Assembly (NCBI GenBank): GCA_948560265.1
Contig: CAOXTD010000002.1
Location: 93,580-157,579, forward strand
Source of the DNA: an uncultured Clostridia bacterium
GTDB taxonomy: Bacteria > Bacillota > Clostridia > TANB77 > CAG-508
Length of the DNA stretch: 64,000 nt
Direction of reading: 5' to 3'
Each line of letters starts with the position of its first letter. Position 1 is the first letter of the stretch. Under the pieces are notes generated by a model, which saw nothing but the letters and a program-made list of their open reading frames with translations, made no database searches and had not been told where the DNA came from. Below, in pieces: positions 50,358 to 61,601 of this stretch. The translations under genes were made by a program, and so were the position numbers.

Positions 50358-52287
50358 TGATTACACAAAACCAAATGAATATAAAATTTTGAAGAAAAAA
50401 ACGATTAAAGAATTAATCTCACCAGCAGGAATAGACACAAGTAATATTGACCATTTAGAAATTATTTCTAATGTCACAAGGTATGCAAGAAGCTTCTTTG
50501 TATCAGCACTTCCTAGAATGTGTACCTTCCCTGAATTATTTAGAGATATGTATTTATTCGGAGATATTAATACCTCTATTTATATTAATCCAATTCAAGA
50601 ATCTAGATCACAAAACGAATTAAATAGAGTTATCAACGAATTGGAAACAGAAAGAATTGTAGCAGCAGACAAAGGAAATATTAATAGAGAAAGTACATTG
50701 GGTCAAAAAAGATTAGAAGCAGAACAATTGAGAGATGAAATTGCAGCAGGATTTAACAAACTGTATGAAGCATCCATTGTTGCAACTTTATTTGCCTATA
50801 GCTTAGAAGACCTAGATAAATACACAAAATTATTAGCAACCGAAATGTCAAAATCATTAGTAAATATTAAAACTGCATGGGGAATGCAAGAAGAAGCATT
50901 TAAGTCCAATTTACCTTTAATGGAAGATAAAATTAAAAAGACACATACTTTTGATAGACGTTCTATGGGAACAGTTTTCCCATTCACAACATCAGAAGTA
51001 GGACATCCAACTGGAATTCCTCTAGGAATCAATAAACAAACAGGAGTGCCAATTCTTTTTGATAACTTCCATAACTCACTTACTAACTACAATATGGTTA
51101 TTTTCGCTAAATCTGGTGCTGGTAAATCAGTAACTATGAAAACTTTAATTTCTCGCAGCGCAGTGTTAATGGGAATTCAAAGTTTAGCACTAGACGCTGA
51201 AGGTGAGTATAGTATTGTAGCAGAGAGTCTAGGAGGTATTAACGTTGTTTTATCACCTACTTCAAAAACAATTATCAATATATTTGATATTGAAACAGAG
51301 GTAGTAAAAGATGAAATTACAGGAAAAGAAAGACTAGTATTAAATGTAGAAAATAAGGTGGAAGACGTAACACAAGCATTGCTTACTATGGCAAGAGGAA
51401 GTACTAGAAGTCAAGAAGTAAACGAACTTACGAAACAAATCATAGCCGAATCAGTAGCAGAAGAATATATAGCACATGGAATTAACAGTGATCCTAACAG
51501 CTTATACGATGCAACCTCTGGTTTAGCAAATGGAAATATGCTAGGAAGAGAAAGAAAACAAATGCCCACCATTGGTTCTTGGTACAAAAGAATTCAAGCA
51601 AAAGCAGCAGCAAATACAAATCAAGATTATAGCTTCCATTATAGTTATTTACTAAAGGTTATGAAACAATATATCAGAGAGTATGATGGACAAATGGCAT
51701 ACTTTGATGGACAATCTACCTTTGATTTATTAGATGGAACACTATTTATTAACTTAGATATTTCGCAACTAGAAGAAAGATTTGCAAGACCTTTAGCACA
51801 ACAAATTCTACTTGCTTGGATTTGGGAAAAGTATGTTAAGAAAAATAGTGAAGATAGATCAAAAGCTTCTAAGAAAAGAGTTTTAGTAGATGAAGCATGG
51901 ATGTTATTACCATATCCAGAGGCAGTAGATTTCCTAAACACCATGGCAAGACGTGCCAGAAAAAGAAATGTATCTTTAGCTATTATTTCTCAAAGATTTC
52001 AAGACTTTTATGAGAAACCAGAAGCGCAAGCGGTACTAACTTCTTCAGACACAAAGTTATTCTTAGCACAAGATAAATCAGAAATTCAATACTTAAAAGA
52101 GGTATTCAAATTAAGTGAAGGGGAATCAAGCTTTTTAATTACTTGTTTCAAAGGAGAAGGACTATTAAAAGTAGGAGCAGATAGCGCTATTATTCAAATA
52201 CAGCCAACTGCAAAAGAATTCGAATTCGTAGAAACAAACTTAAATAAATTAGCACAGAAGAAAAATAAACAAGCAATAAATTATTAG
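50317..52287 (+). CDS. VirB4/TraE/PrgJ-family T4SS ATPase
   Basis: Walker A FAKSGAGKS and Walker B VLVDEAWML. Confidence 0.8.
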   Translation: MRKKEEIEVQKQHNDYTKPNEYKILKKKTIKELISPAGIDTSNIDHLEIISNVTRYARSFFVSALPRMCTFPELFRDMYLFGDINTSIYINPIQESRSQNELNRVINELETERIVAADKGNINRESTLGQKRLEAEQLRDEIAAGFNKLYEASIVATLFAYSLEDLDKYTKLLATEMSKSLVNIKTAWGMQEEAFKSNLPLMEDKIKKTHTFDRRSMGTVFPFTTSEVGHPTGIPLGINKQTGVPILFDNFHNSLTNYNMVIFAKSGAGKSVTMKTLISRSAVLMGIQSLALDAEGEYSIVAESLGGINVVLSPTSKTIINIFDIETEVVKDEITGKERLVLNVENKVEDVTQALLTMARGSTRSQEVNELTKQIIAESVAEEYIAHGINSDPNSLYDATSGLANGNMLGRERKQMPTIGSWYKRIQAKAAANTNQDYSFHYSYLLKVMKQYIREYDGQMAYFDGQSTFDLLDGTLFINLDISQLEERFARPLAQQILLAWIWEKYVKKNSEDRSKASKKRVLVDEAWMLLPYPEAVDFLNTMARRARKRNVSLAIISQRFQDFYEKPEAQAVLTSSDTKLFLAQDKSEIQYLKEVFKLSEGESSFLITCFKGEGLLKVGADSAIIQIQPTAKEFEFVETNLNKLAQKKNKQAINY

Positions 52288-52295
52288 GGGGAATT

Positions 52296-52667
52296 ATGGA
52301 GAAATTAATGGCAAACCATAAGTTAACACAAAAGATATTTCTATCAATAATCGTAGTGTTATTGCTTAGTTTTGCTGTGCCCGTAAGATCACAAGCAGGA
52401 ATAGGAGGAATCTTACTAGATCCGCTCTTTGACTTGGTAGGAACTATATTAGATGTTTTCGTAGGAGCACTGCAAGCATTCTTAGTAGATGGAGAATTCA
52501 ATAATAGTGAAGATTCAAGTGGATTGAACTTTTACTTAGCAGACAAAGATGATTTTATGTCGAAGATAGATGATGAATATAAAGAATTTAAATATTCTAC
52601 TGGAAACGGAGAGGCACAAATTACAATCAATGCCGATGAGTTAGATAAAAGTATTTGGCGGAAATAG
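52296..52667 (+). CDS. small secreted/membrane protein of the T4SS cluster
   Basis: N-terminal signal/TM IFLSIIVVLLLSFAVPV. Confidence 0.4.
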   Translation: MEKLMANHKLTQKIFLSIIVVLLLSFAVPVRSQAGIGGILLDPLFDLVGTILDVFVGALQAFLVDGEFNNSEDSSGLNFYLADKDDFMSKIDDEYKEFKYSTGNGEAQITINADELDKSIWRK

Positions 52668-52686
52668 TACATATGCAATTCCAGTT

Positions 52687-54984
52687 ATGAGATATTCACC
52701 AGAAAAGATTTTCTCAGGGAAAATTCCAGCTCTAGATATTAACTTTGTTGATCCAGTTGACTGGGAAGATGATGACATGAATGAACGTTCTATTACACAA
52801 GCACTACATAGTACCATTGCTTCTTGGTACGTATCATTAAGAAATTTAGCAGTAGTAGCATTAATGCTAGTATTAGTATATGTAGGTATTAGAATTGTTA
52901 TTAGTAGTACAGCATCAGACAAAGCAAAATATAAGCAAATGTTAATAGATTGGCTTATTGCTCTATGTATTCTATTTTGTTTACATTATATCATGACATT
53001 TACAACAACGATTGTAAATGAAATTACAGGAGCAATCACAGGAGCCCAAGATAGCAATGGAAATAATGTAGCAGTTAAAGTAGAAGGAGATTCAGATGGG
53101 ACAGTAGAATTTAATACAGATTTGATGGGATTGATTCGTTTCAAAATGCAAGCACCAAATGTATCAGGCAAGATTTTGTATTTGATTTTATACTTAGCAA
53201 TGGTAATTTACACATTCATGTTTACTTTTTACTATTTAAAAAGGGTACTTACAATTGCATTTTTAACACTAATTTCTCCATTAGTAGCAATGACGTATCC
53301 AATAGACAAAATAAGAGATGGAAAAGCGCAAGCTTTTGATATGTGGTTAAAAGAATATGTATTTAATGCATTGTTGCAACCATTTCATTTAATTATTTAT
53401 AGTATTTTTGTAGGCTCTGCAATTGATTTGGCAGCTAAAAATCCATTATTTGCAATTGTTGCGCTAGCCTTTATCACACCAGCTGAAAAGATACTACGTA
53501 AATTCTTCGGATTTGAAAAGGCAAGCACAGCGGGAGCATTAGGAGCTGTTGCCAGCGCAGCAGGTGGAGCTGCTGTTATGAATCATATGAGAAATCTTAT
53601 GGCACCTAAAAAAGGTGGTGGCGGTGGTAGCGGAAATAAAGGTATCAAAACTAAAAATAAACCAGAAGGTGCTGCACCATCTTTAGAAGAAGCATTTGGT
53701 AATGGAAGTAGTGGAGATAGCTCAAATACGTCAAGCGATACACAATCTCCAAGGGAAGCTAATCAACCAACATTAGGAGGAGGACAAGACTGGGACCAAA
53801 ATGGAGGTGGCGGAGGAGAAAGTTCAAATACACATGAACCGACACAAACACCTTCAGGAGGAGAAAATGGAGGACAAGGAGGAAATCCTCCACCAGAACC
53901 AACGCCTCCACCAGAACCACCAGATTCAGGTTCGGGTTCAGATGGCATCCATTTAAAAGATACTGCTTTTGAATGGTCTGATAATGATACAAGAGGAGCA
54001 GGAGCATATCTAGGAGGAATTGCAAGATCAGGTGCTTCGTGGGCAGGTAACAAAATTGCCAATTCAGCTGCGGGACAAGGAGCCATAAGATTTGGTAGAA
54101 GTGTCGCGGGTAGTGCAAGAAGCGTAAGAGATATGGCTGCTGCAAGAGCACGTCAAGTAGGTGCATTAGCATCAGCAGGAGCTCATAAGGTAGGAGATTT
54201 CGGAAGAACTTATATACCAAAGCCTATTAGAAATTCAGCAGGTACTTTAGCAAGAGCAACAGGACATGCAGCAGTAGGCGCAGCAAAAGCAGCAGGACAT
54301 GCAGCTTTAGGTGCAGGAAATGTAGCGTTACAAACAGGCGTGACAGCAGGAAAGGCAGCACTAAAAGCAGCACCTGGAGCAATACTAGGTATGGCAGCAG
54401 GTATTGCAAGTGATGACTTAAGCGACATTGGAAAATACACATTAGCAGGAGCAGCATTAAGTAGTACAATAGGATCAAGTGCAGTAGCACAAGCAGGTTC
54501 TTTTGTAGCAGACAGTTATAGACAAGGCTCTGGAAGAGCTTATGAAGCAGCACTAAAACAAAGAAAAGAAAGCTACGTACAAGATAATGAAGAATTGTAT
54601 AAGCAGAAATATCCAGATGCTTCTAAGAAAGAATTAAAAGCGAAGTTGGAACAAGGAGCATACTATGACAGTATTGGAATTGAAGGAAAAGACACTTTAA
54701 AAGCTGTAAAATTAGAAGATAAAATAAAGAAAGAAATGGCTCAAGCAGGAGTAGCCGAAGAGGAGGCAAACAGAAGAGCACAAGCGCAAACAGCAGCGAT
54801 TATGAAAGAAGTAAAAGATTATAGTGCAAAAGACTTAAGAGAAGAAAGTACGGTAAGAGATTTAAGAACAGACCTATCAAAACGATTAGAAAGTCAAGGA
54901 TTAACAGGAAATGAAAAAATGAAAACAGTTGATATGATTGTAAGAGAAATGAAATCTGTTCGAGGAGTTAAAAACGATTTTTAA
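52687..54984 (+). CDS. VirB6/TrbL/TcpH-like polytopic membrane protein with G/S/P/A-rich low-complexity region and coiled-coil C-terminus
   Basis: Multiple TM helices in the N-terminal half, then a low-complexity region (GGGGGSGNKG...PPPEPTPPPEPP). Confidence 0.6.
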   Translation: MRYSPEKIFSGKIPALDINFVDPVDWEDDDMNERSITQALHSTIASWYVSLRNLAVVALMLVLVYVGIRIVISSTASDKAKYKQMLIDWLIALCILFCLHYIMTFTTTIVNEITGAITGAQDSNGNNVAVKVEGDSDGTVEFNTDLMGLIRFKMQAPNVSGKILYLILYLAMVIYTFMFTFYYLKRVLTIAFLTLISPLVAMTYPIDKIRDGKAQAFDMWLKEYVFNALLQPFHLIIYSIFVGSAIDLAAKNPLFAIVALAFITPAEKILRKFFGFEKASTAGALGAVASAAGGAAVMNHMRNLMAPKKGGGGGSGNKGIKTKNKPEGAAPSLEEAFGNGSSGDSSNTSSDTQSPREANQPTLGGGQDWDQNGGGGGESSNTHEPTQTPSGGENGGQGGNPPPEPTPPPEPPDSGSGSDGIHLKDTAFEWSDNDTRGAGAYLGGIARSGASWAGNKIANSAAGQGAIRFGRSVAGSARSVRDMAAARARQVGALASAGAHKVGDFGRTYIPKPIRNSAGTLARATGHAAVGAAKAAGHAALGAGNVALQTGVTAGKAALKAAPGAILGMAAGIASDDLSDIGKYTLAGAALSSTIGSSAVAQAGSFVADSYRQGSGRAYEAALKQRKESYVQDNEELYKQKYPDASKKELKAKLEQGAYYDSIGIEGKDTLKAVKLEDKIKKEMAQAGVAEEEANRRAQAQTAAIMKEVKDYSAKDLREESTVRDLRTDLSKRLESQGLTGNEKMKTVDMIVREMKSVRGVKNDF

Positions 54985-55007
54985 AATAACAAAGGAGAGC
55001 TATAACA

Positions 55008-55958
55008 ATGATTAAGTTATTAAGATACTGGAACCAAAACAAAAGAAAGACATTAATAACGATTGCAGTTATAGCTCTCATTATTATTGTCATACAAATA
55101 GCAAATAGTGTAATAAAAAGGCGAAATGAAAGAGATAAGAATGAAATAAAACAAAGTACAGTAGCAAATGATATTACAAAACCAAATGAATCTATTATAT
55201 CGCAAGATAAATTAACAGAAAAAGAAACAAAAGAAAACTCAGATTTTATAGAACAGTTTGTCAGCTTTTGCAATCAAAAAAAAGCGGATGATGCTTATAG
55301 TTTATTATCAGATGATTGTAAAAATGAATTATATCCAACAAAAGAATTATTTGTTAATAATTATATGAATCAAATTTTTGAAGAAACAGTCAACTATGAA
55401 TTACAATTATGGTATACAGTCTCCAACTGTTATACATACCGCATTACATATAATAAAGGAAATTTATTGCAAACAGGTGGACAAGGTAATAGTAGCAACT
55501 TTTTAGATTATATTACTTTGCTAAAACAAAATGGAGAATATAAATTAAACATTAATAAATTTATTCGTAGGCAAACATTAAGTAAGCAAGGTGGCAGTAA
55601 TGGAATCAATATTACTATTAATAGTAAATGTATTTATGTAGATTATGAAATTTATAACATGACTGTACAAAACAATACACAAAATACCATTTTATTAAAT
55701 GATGGAACAAATGCCAATAATTTTAGCTTAATAGGCAGAAATAATAGTACTTTCTCTTCTGTTATTTCTGAATTACCAATGAGTAGTTTAACACTAGATT
55801 CACAATATAGAAAAACAATAAATATAAAATTCAATAAAATCTATATGACACGAAGTGAACTAGATGCTATGCAAATGGCCAATATCTATTTAAATAAACA
55901 ACAATATGATATAAAACAAGAAAATGCAGAAAAAATCACAATAAAAATAAATCTATAA
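55008..55958 (+). CDS. membrane-anchored T4SS component (VirB8/TcpC-like candidate)
   Basis: N-terminal TM helix plus a ~280-aa extracytoplasmic domain. Size and position fit VirB8-like proteins. Confidence 0.4.
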   Translation: MIKLLRYWNQNKRKTLITIAVIALIIIVIQIANSVIKRRNERDKNEIKQSTVANDITKPNESIISQDKLTEKETKENSDFIEQFVSFCNQKKADDAYSLLSDDCKNELYPTKELFVNNYMNQIFEETVNYELQLWYTVSNCYTYRITYNKGNLLQTGGQGNSSNFLDYITLLKQNGEYKLNINKFIRRQTLSKQGGSNGINITINSKCIYVDYEIYNMTVQNNTQNTILLNDGTNANNFSLIGRNNSTFSSVISELPMSSLTLDSQYRKTINIKFNKIYMTRSELDAMQMANIYLNKQQYDIKQENAEKITIKINL

Positions 55959-55990
55959 AAGTAAAAAGCAAAGGAAGGTGAGGCGATTGA

Positions 55991-56308
55991 ATGACGAAGT
56001 TAGGAGATAAACTAAAACAAGCAGGAAAAGAAGAGATAAAGAATAAAACAAAATCCACAATCAAAAAACTTTTAATCAAAGCGATACCATTTATTGCCAT
56101 AATTTTAGTAGGGCTTATGGTAGCATCTTGCCTTATTGCTTTAGTAAATATTATCAAAGAAACAGCACAAGGGATTATTAATGCCATTGTAGACTTTTTT
56201 AAAGGACCTCAAACTGTAATCGAAATTAGTGATGAACAATTAGACCAACTCATAGCCGTCATAGAGGCTACGGGAATAGATTTAGAAGATCTGGAATTAC
56301 TGCGGTGA
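55991..56308 (+). CDS. small membrane protein of the T4SS cluster
   Basis: One TM helix, LIKAIPFIAIILVGLMVASCLIALV. Confidence 0.4.
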   Translation: MTKLGDKLKQAGKEEIKNKTKSTIKKLLIKAIPFIAIILVGLMVASCLIALVNIIKETAQGIINAIVDFFKGPQTVIEISDEQLDQLIAVIEATGIDLEDLELLR

Positions 56309-56372
56309 TATCGATTATGAAGCACCAGACAGAGAAGAGGAAATAAAAAAAGCAAAAAGAAAATATATTAGA

Positions 56373-58778
56373 ATGTTTTTCGAAGCACAAATTATGACAC
56401 AAGAATTAAAAAGAGGAAATGACAATCTAGATAAACAAGGACGTGTATTCTTGTATCCAGAATCAACATTAGGACAAGATAATCTTACTCCTTATCAAAC
56501 GCTAACTTATATTAAGTACCAATCAGATGATGCAAGTGAAAATACATTCAAAAAGAAATTAGAAGCAAACGCAAAGGATATACAAAATTATTTCTCTGTC
56601 AATGATAATGGAGAATTAGTTTTAGCGACTTTACAAACAACAGTAGTCAAAACAGAAAGTAAAACAGATGGAGACTGGTTTGCTGATAAAGATACTACTA
56701 CAACATATTTTGCAACAGAAGTAACCGTAGATTACAAAAGCATGATTTCACAATATGCAACACCAATGAACTTCTTTTTAGAATTAGGAATGGTAGTAAG
56801 AAATCCAGAGTTTTTAGCAGCAGTAGTAGATTTGGTAAAAAGCAAAACAAATATACAACTAACAGTTTTAAATACAACATCTGTAGATGTTACTACACAA
56901 GTAGACAAAACAACCACTCATGTGCGTACAAGAACAATTGTTACAGATCCAACAGGTCAAGCACCAGATACACCAGTGGAAACTAGTTCAGATAAAACAA
57001 CGACAACAACTACTACTACAACAGTAACAACCGTTTCGCCAGTAGTTAGAGTAACTTCTGTAGATACATGGCTATGCAGCCAAAAAATTACATATAGTAA
57101 AATTCCAGGAACAGCAATAGAAGACGACTATCTCATTCCGCAAGAAAGCGAAGATGCAAAATCATTAGGTGATGACGAAACAGTGGAAGAATCAGTTTCT
57201 TGGATAACAAGAGAAGATTCTACGGTACATACATCCATTACTAGAGATACATATGATTCTGGTATTGCATCAGACTATACAGACAATACAGACGAATTCA
57301 TTAAACTATTAGATATTAAATATAGAATTCCAAATTCAAAAGAGAAAAGAACAGCAGGTGAATACTTAAAAACAGATGCAGAACTATTTTTCCAATTACT
57401 AAGCCAAAATCCAGAGACACAAGGCATGGAATTAGTCATGAGATATATCATGCAAAAATATACTGGTAAAGACTATGGTGCAGGAGACTTTAATTTTGGT
57501 ATATTTGATGTAGTTTATCCAATGGGAGGAGGCGGAGTATCTCCTTTTGGATCAACTTTAGAAAGAGAAGAATTTATTCGACTAGCACAAGCATATAGTA
57601 ATGATAGTGACTATGTGAAATACATGGCAAAATATGCAGGAGATTTCTATGATATTTGTACCAAATACAATATTAACCCTGCTTTGGCTTATGCACACGC
57701 CTGTCTAGAAACTGGAAATGGAAGCAGTAGTGGATGCAAAAACAATAAAAACTATTTTGGGTATGCTCATTATAATAACTCAAGCAGTGGAAAAGGCTAC
57801 AGTAGTGTAAAAGAATCTATAGAAGATTATTGTAGATGGATTATCAGTAACTCTACGCCAGGAAATAGCGCTTATGCAGAAAATGTAAAAAGAGCGGCAG
57901 AATATGCTACTGGCAATGCAAAATTAAAAGGAACACCAGATAAAAATATTTATGTATTATACTGTAGATATGCTTATTTAGGTGATACACATATTGCAAA
58001 TGAGCCAAGCTTTGCGAGTCCAGCAGGTATAGACTATTATATATCACATGGAAGCAACTGGGGAACTGGTGGTCGTATTTACACTTACTACATGTATGAA
58101 AAAGGTGGATTATATACAGGAGAATATAGTACAAGATGTGGACATCCCAATGGTTCAGACCCAACTACTATTGCAGAAAGAGCAGATTATGCAGTATATT
58201 CATGTAATCAAAGAATTAATATTGCAAAAGCTATCTTTGGTGACAACTGTTTTGTAGGAAGTGGAGGAACTTTAGTAGAAGCAGCTTATGAAGTTGCAGA
58301 CCATTTCTTGAATTCAGGTGTAACAGTACATTATGCAGGAAGCAGTGTACTAGAGGCTACTAACAATGGAAGATATTGCATATTTAATGACATACAAGGT
58401 GCATGGGATAAGCCAATTCAAGATCCAAGCCGATATGGTGTTGTTTGTGCAACTTATGTAAGCTTAGCAATATGGAAAGCAGGATTAATAGATGAAGCAA
58501 CAATTAACCAATATGCATATAATGGTTGTTCAGGAGTAAAAAGCATGCTAGAAAACAGTTCTTATGCAAGCCAATGGCAAAGAATAACAAATACAGGGGA
58601 CTTGCAAGAAGGAGATATTGTTTTCATTGATGGCCATGTATATATCTATATGGAAGGCGGAAAATGTTTAGACCAAAATTACTGTGTAGTAAGTAGTAGC
58701 GGAAGTGACAATAGAGGCACATTATTAAATGCAAGTTTAGGAAGCTTCCAAGTAGCATTTAGATATACAGGGGGCTAA
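56373..58778 (+). CDS. VirB1-like bifunctional peptidoglycan hydrolase (GH73-type glucosaminidase plus C-terminal CHAP/NlpC-P60-like domain), PrgK/TcpG/Orf14-like
   Basis: Central YAHACLETGNGSS resembles a GH73 domain. The C-terminus has Cys...His (CATYVSLAIW...DGHVYIY). Thr-rich linker TTTTTTTTVTTV. Confidence 0.65.
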   Translation: MFFEAQIMTQELKRGNDNLDKQGRVFLYPESTLGQDNLTPYQTLTYIKYQSDDASENTFKKKLEANAKDIQNYFSVNDNGELVLATLQTTVVKTESKTDGDWFADKDTTTTYFATEVTVDYKSMISQYATPMNFFLELGMVVRNPEFLAAVVDLVKSKTNIQLTVLNTTSVDVTTQVDKTTTHVRTRTIVTDPTGQAPDTPVETSSDKTTTTTTTTTVTTVSPVVRVTSVDTWLCSQKITYSKIPGTAIEDDYLIPQESEDAKSLGDDETVEESVSWITREDSTVHTSITRDTYDSGIASDYTDNTDEFIKLLDIKYRIPNSKEKRTAGEYLKTDAELFFQLLSQNPETQGMELVMRYIMQKYTGKDYGAGDFNFGIFDVVYPMGGGGVSPFGSTLEREEFIRLAQAYSNDSDYVKYMAKYAGDFYDICTKYNINPALAYAHACLETGNGSSSGCKNNKNYFGYAHYNNSSSGKGYSSVKESIEDYCRWIISNSTPGNSAYAENVKRAAEYATGNAKLKGTPDKNIYVLYCRYAYLGDTHIANEPSFASPAGIDYYISHGSNWGTGGRIYTYYMYEKGGLYTGEYSTRCGHPNGSDPTTIAERADYAVYSCNQRINIAKAIFGDNCFVGSGGTLVEAAYEVADHFLNSGVTVHYAGSSVLEATNNGRYCIFNDIQGAWDKPIQDPSRYGVVCATYVSLAIWKAGLIDEATINQYAYNGCSGVKSMLENSSYASQWQRITNTGDLQEGDIVFIDGHVYIYMEGGKCLDQNYCVVSSSGSDNRGTLLNASLGSFQVAFRYTGG

Positions 58779-58796
58779 AAAATAAGGAGGGATTAG

Positions 58797-60176
58797 ATGA
58801 AAAAAGGAATTATCATATTAACAGTCTTATCTATTATAGTAGCAATCGTTTTAATAGTCCTTTTTGTTCAAAAGGGTAATATAGAAAATAAACTTCAACA
58901 GAATACTACTGTAAGCGAAATAGAGAATCCCTCCGAAAAAGAGGAAATCAATCAATTAGAAGTTGTTTCAGTAAGAAGTGAATTTTTATTAGTAGAAAAT
59001 TGCATCAAAACTTTTTATCAAAATTATGCAGCTATTAATAGTTCAGGAGAACAACTTGAGAGAGTATACAATTTACTAGATAACGATTATATACAAGAAT
59101 TTAATATCACAAAAGAAAACTTAATTGGTAAATACGGAAATAGTAAAACAATAGAAGTAGATGTTACAAAAATATATGGTATGGCTTTAGAAAGTAATCA
59201 ACATATTTATTTTGCATATGGATACTTAAGAGATACCAGTTCATCTCAAATAGCAGACTTAGCAATTGCCATTAGAATAGACAATAGTAATCAAACATTT
59301 TCAGTATTACCATATGAATATTTACAAAAGAACAACTATCTAAATGTAACAGAACAAAGCAAAATAGAGATAAACAAAACAGAAAAAATTGAAAATAAAA
59401 CATATAATGTATATGAAAATAAGTATCAAAGTGAAGAAGACTATGTAACAAAACTATTTGAAAATTATATGAATAGAGCTTTGTATCATACAGAACTTGC
59501 TTATCAGTCCTTAAATACACAATATAGTCAAAAAAGGTTTGGAAATTTACAAAATTACAAAAACTTTGTAGAAAAAAATAGAGAATTATACTTATCTTAT
59601 AGTATGACAAATGCGAAAAAGCCAGAAGAATTTAGCAATATGCAAGAATACTTAATGTATTTAGATACTTATCAAACTGTTAAATTAAAATCTTACCAAG
59701 TAAGTAGACAAAATAATATTACACAATATGTATGTATTGATAACCAAGACAACTATTATATTTTTCAAGAAACAGCACCAATGCAATACAATGTTATCTT
59801 AGATACTTATACTATTGACCTACCAGAATTCATAGAAAAATATAATAATATGACAGAAGAGCAAAAGGTATTATTTAATATTCAAAAGTTCTTTGAAGCA
59901 ATTAATGGGCAAGACTACCAATATGCATACAACAAACTAGATGTAACTTTTAGAAATAATAATTTCGGAAGCCTAGCAGAATTTGAAGCATATGCCAAAA
60001 AGAATTTCTTTAGCGAGAATGCATTAGCAGCAGGAAAGGCAGAAAAGCAAGGAAACCTTTATTTATATGATATTACGATTAGTGATGCTAGTAAGAAAGA
60101 TACCAGTACAAAGAAAAAGAATTTTGTTATGCAATTAAAAGAGGGAACAGACTTTATAATGTCCTTTGGAATTTAA
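58797..60176 (+). CDS. membrane-anchored protein of the T4SS cluster, unknown function
   Basis: N-terminal TM helix GIIILTVLSIIVAIVLIVLFV. Confidence 0.4.
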   Translation: MKKGIIILTVLSIIVAIVLIVLFVQKGNIENKLQQNTTVSEIENPSEKEEINQLEVVSVRSEFLLVENCIKTFYQNYAAINSSGEQLERVYNLLDNDYIQEFNITKENLIGKYGNSKTIEVDVTKIYGMALESNQHIYFAYGYLRDTSSSQIADLAIAIRIDNSNQTFSVLPYEYLQKNNYLNVTEQSKIEINKTEKIENKTYNVYENKYQSEEDYVTKLFENYMNRALYHTELAYQSLNTQYSQKRFGNLQNYKNFVEKNRELYLSYSMTNAKKPEEFSNMQEYLMYLDTYQTVKLKSYQVSRQNNITQYVCIDNQDNYYIFQETAPMQYNVILDTYTIDLPEFIEKYNNMTEEQKVLFNIQKFFEAINGQDYQYAYNKLDVTFRNNNFGSLAEFEAYAKKNFFSENALAAGKAEKQGNLYLYDITISDASKKDTSTKKKNFVMQLKEGTDFIMSFGI

Positions 60177-60188
60177 GGGGGCGAGAAA

Positions 60189-61526
60189 ATGCCAGAAAAT
60201 AAACAACAAGATACATTAAAAAAAATGTTAGAAATAGGAGATCTAATTGAACAAGGAAGAGAGAATGAGGACACACAAGTAGGAACTATCAATTATTATA
60301 AAGATTTTATTTTTCAAGGGAGCAATTTAGCTGAAACAGATATCTTTGTAGCCAAAATAGAAAATATAAAAGAAAATACAAATACATATGAGCTATATTC
60401 TGGTAAAACAAATACTTTAATTGCGACTGTAGATGAACAAGGAAAATTACATTTCATGCCAGAATATATAGAAAGTTTAAAACAGATTGATGAAGGACTT
60501 ACACAAATGCTTCATTTAGAAGACCTAGATTTTCAGCTTCCAGAGGAACTAGAAAAAGAAGATAAGGTATTAACGAGAGAAGAAAGAATACATCTTTCTT
60601 CTCAAAAAATGAAAACAACAAAAGAAGGAAAGACAAAAGGAGAAAACGGTACAAAAGAATTAGAAAAAGAAGAACAAGGAAAATCTCCAGAAGAAGAACA
60701 AAAACAGCGAATAGCAAAAGCAAAAAAAGTCCCAAGTCATAACATATTAATGATAAGAGAAAATAGCAATTTTTATAAAGATCACCCAAATCTAGAACCA
60801 AACCTATACTTCTATCGTGATACACAAGGTGTAGTAAAAGCTGAATACATTGACGGTAATGGACAACCTCAGCCTTCCAAATATTTTGAAGTTTCTACTA
60901 CTTCACTAAGACAAGAAACCGTTAGTATTGGAAATGACGGAAACCCTGTTACTAAAGAAGTACCTCATCAAGTCATGAAAACAAAAGGACTTAATAATGT
61001 AGACAAAGACATTAGAGATATTAGAATTAATATTAAAATTGATAGTTATGGTTATTTAGATATTGAAGAAGCAAGACAAGGGCAAAACGGAGATTGGTTA
61101 TCACATGATATAGAAACAAAAGGAAGAAACTATAATTCACATGCAGTCAATCAAACCACTTCTATTCGTACAAGAGCAGCTGACCCAGATAGACAAACCG
61201 AAGCCTATGAAAAAGCAGCCAATACAGGACTAAAAGAAGACGGAATAGAATATAGCGAAATGTATTTAATTCAGCATCCAAATGAATTTATCGAAAGTTT
61301 AATACAAGAAGGATATCAGAAACCAGAAGCAGTACAGATTTTAAATTATATGGTAGGACAAGAAGGCTTAAACTTAGACCAGGCAAAACAAAGAGTAAAT
61401 GAAGAAATTGAACAAGGAAAATTTGAAAAGGAAGAGCAAAAGGAGAAAGAGCCAATAGAGCAAGGAGATGAAGAAGAAGGAAGAACACCATGGGGAGATG
61501 CAGAAGACAGAAGAAGTAGAAGATAA
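60189..61526 (+). CDS. hypothetical E/K-rich soluble protein
   Basis: 445 aa with charged low-complexity stretches. Confidence 0.4.
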   Translation: MPENKQQDTLKKMLEIGDLIEQGRENEDTQVGTINYYKDFIFQGSNLAETDIFVAKIENIKENTNTYELYSGKTNTLIATVDEQGKLHFMPEYIESLKQIDEGLTQMLHLEDLDFQLPEELEKEDKVLTREERIHLSSQKMKTTKEGKTKGENGTKELEKEEQGKSPEEEQKQRIAKAKKVPSHNILMIRENSNFYKDHPNLEPNLYFYRDTQGVVKAEYIDGNGQPQPSKYFEVSTTSLRQETVSIGNDGNPVTKEVPHQVMKTKGLNNVDKDIRDIRINIKIDSYGYLDIEEARQGQNGDWLSHDIETKGRNYNSHAVNQTTSIRTRAADPDRQTEAYEKAANTGLKEDGIEYSEMYLIQHPNEFIESLIQEGYQKPEAVQILNYMVGQEGLNLDQAKQRVNEEIEQGKFEKEEQKEKEPIEQGDEEEGRTPWGDAEDRRSRR

Positions 61527-61601
61527 GCAGCAGAACGAAAAATAAAATAAAATTACGTATAAAAATCACTTTTTAAAATATAATTTAAAAGGTGATTTTT
61601 T

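Noticed and set aside
53759-54553. Several minus-strand ORFs (153, 107, 76 and 108 aa) inside the VirB6-like gene
   Set aside because: They lie antisense to the G/S/P/A-rich low-complexity region. The translations are L/P/G homopolymer-like, an artefact of the repetitive coding sequence.
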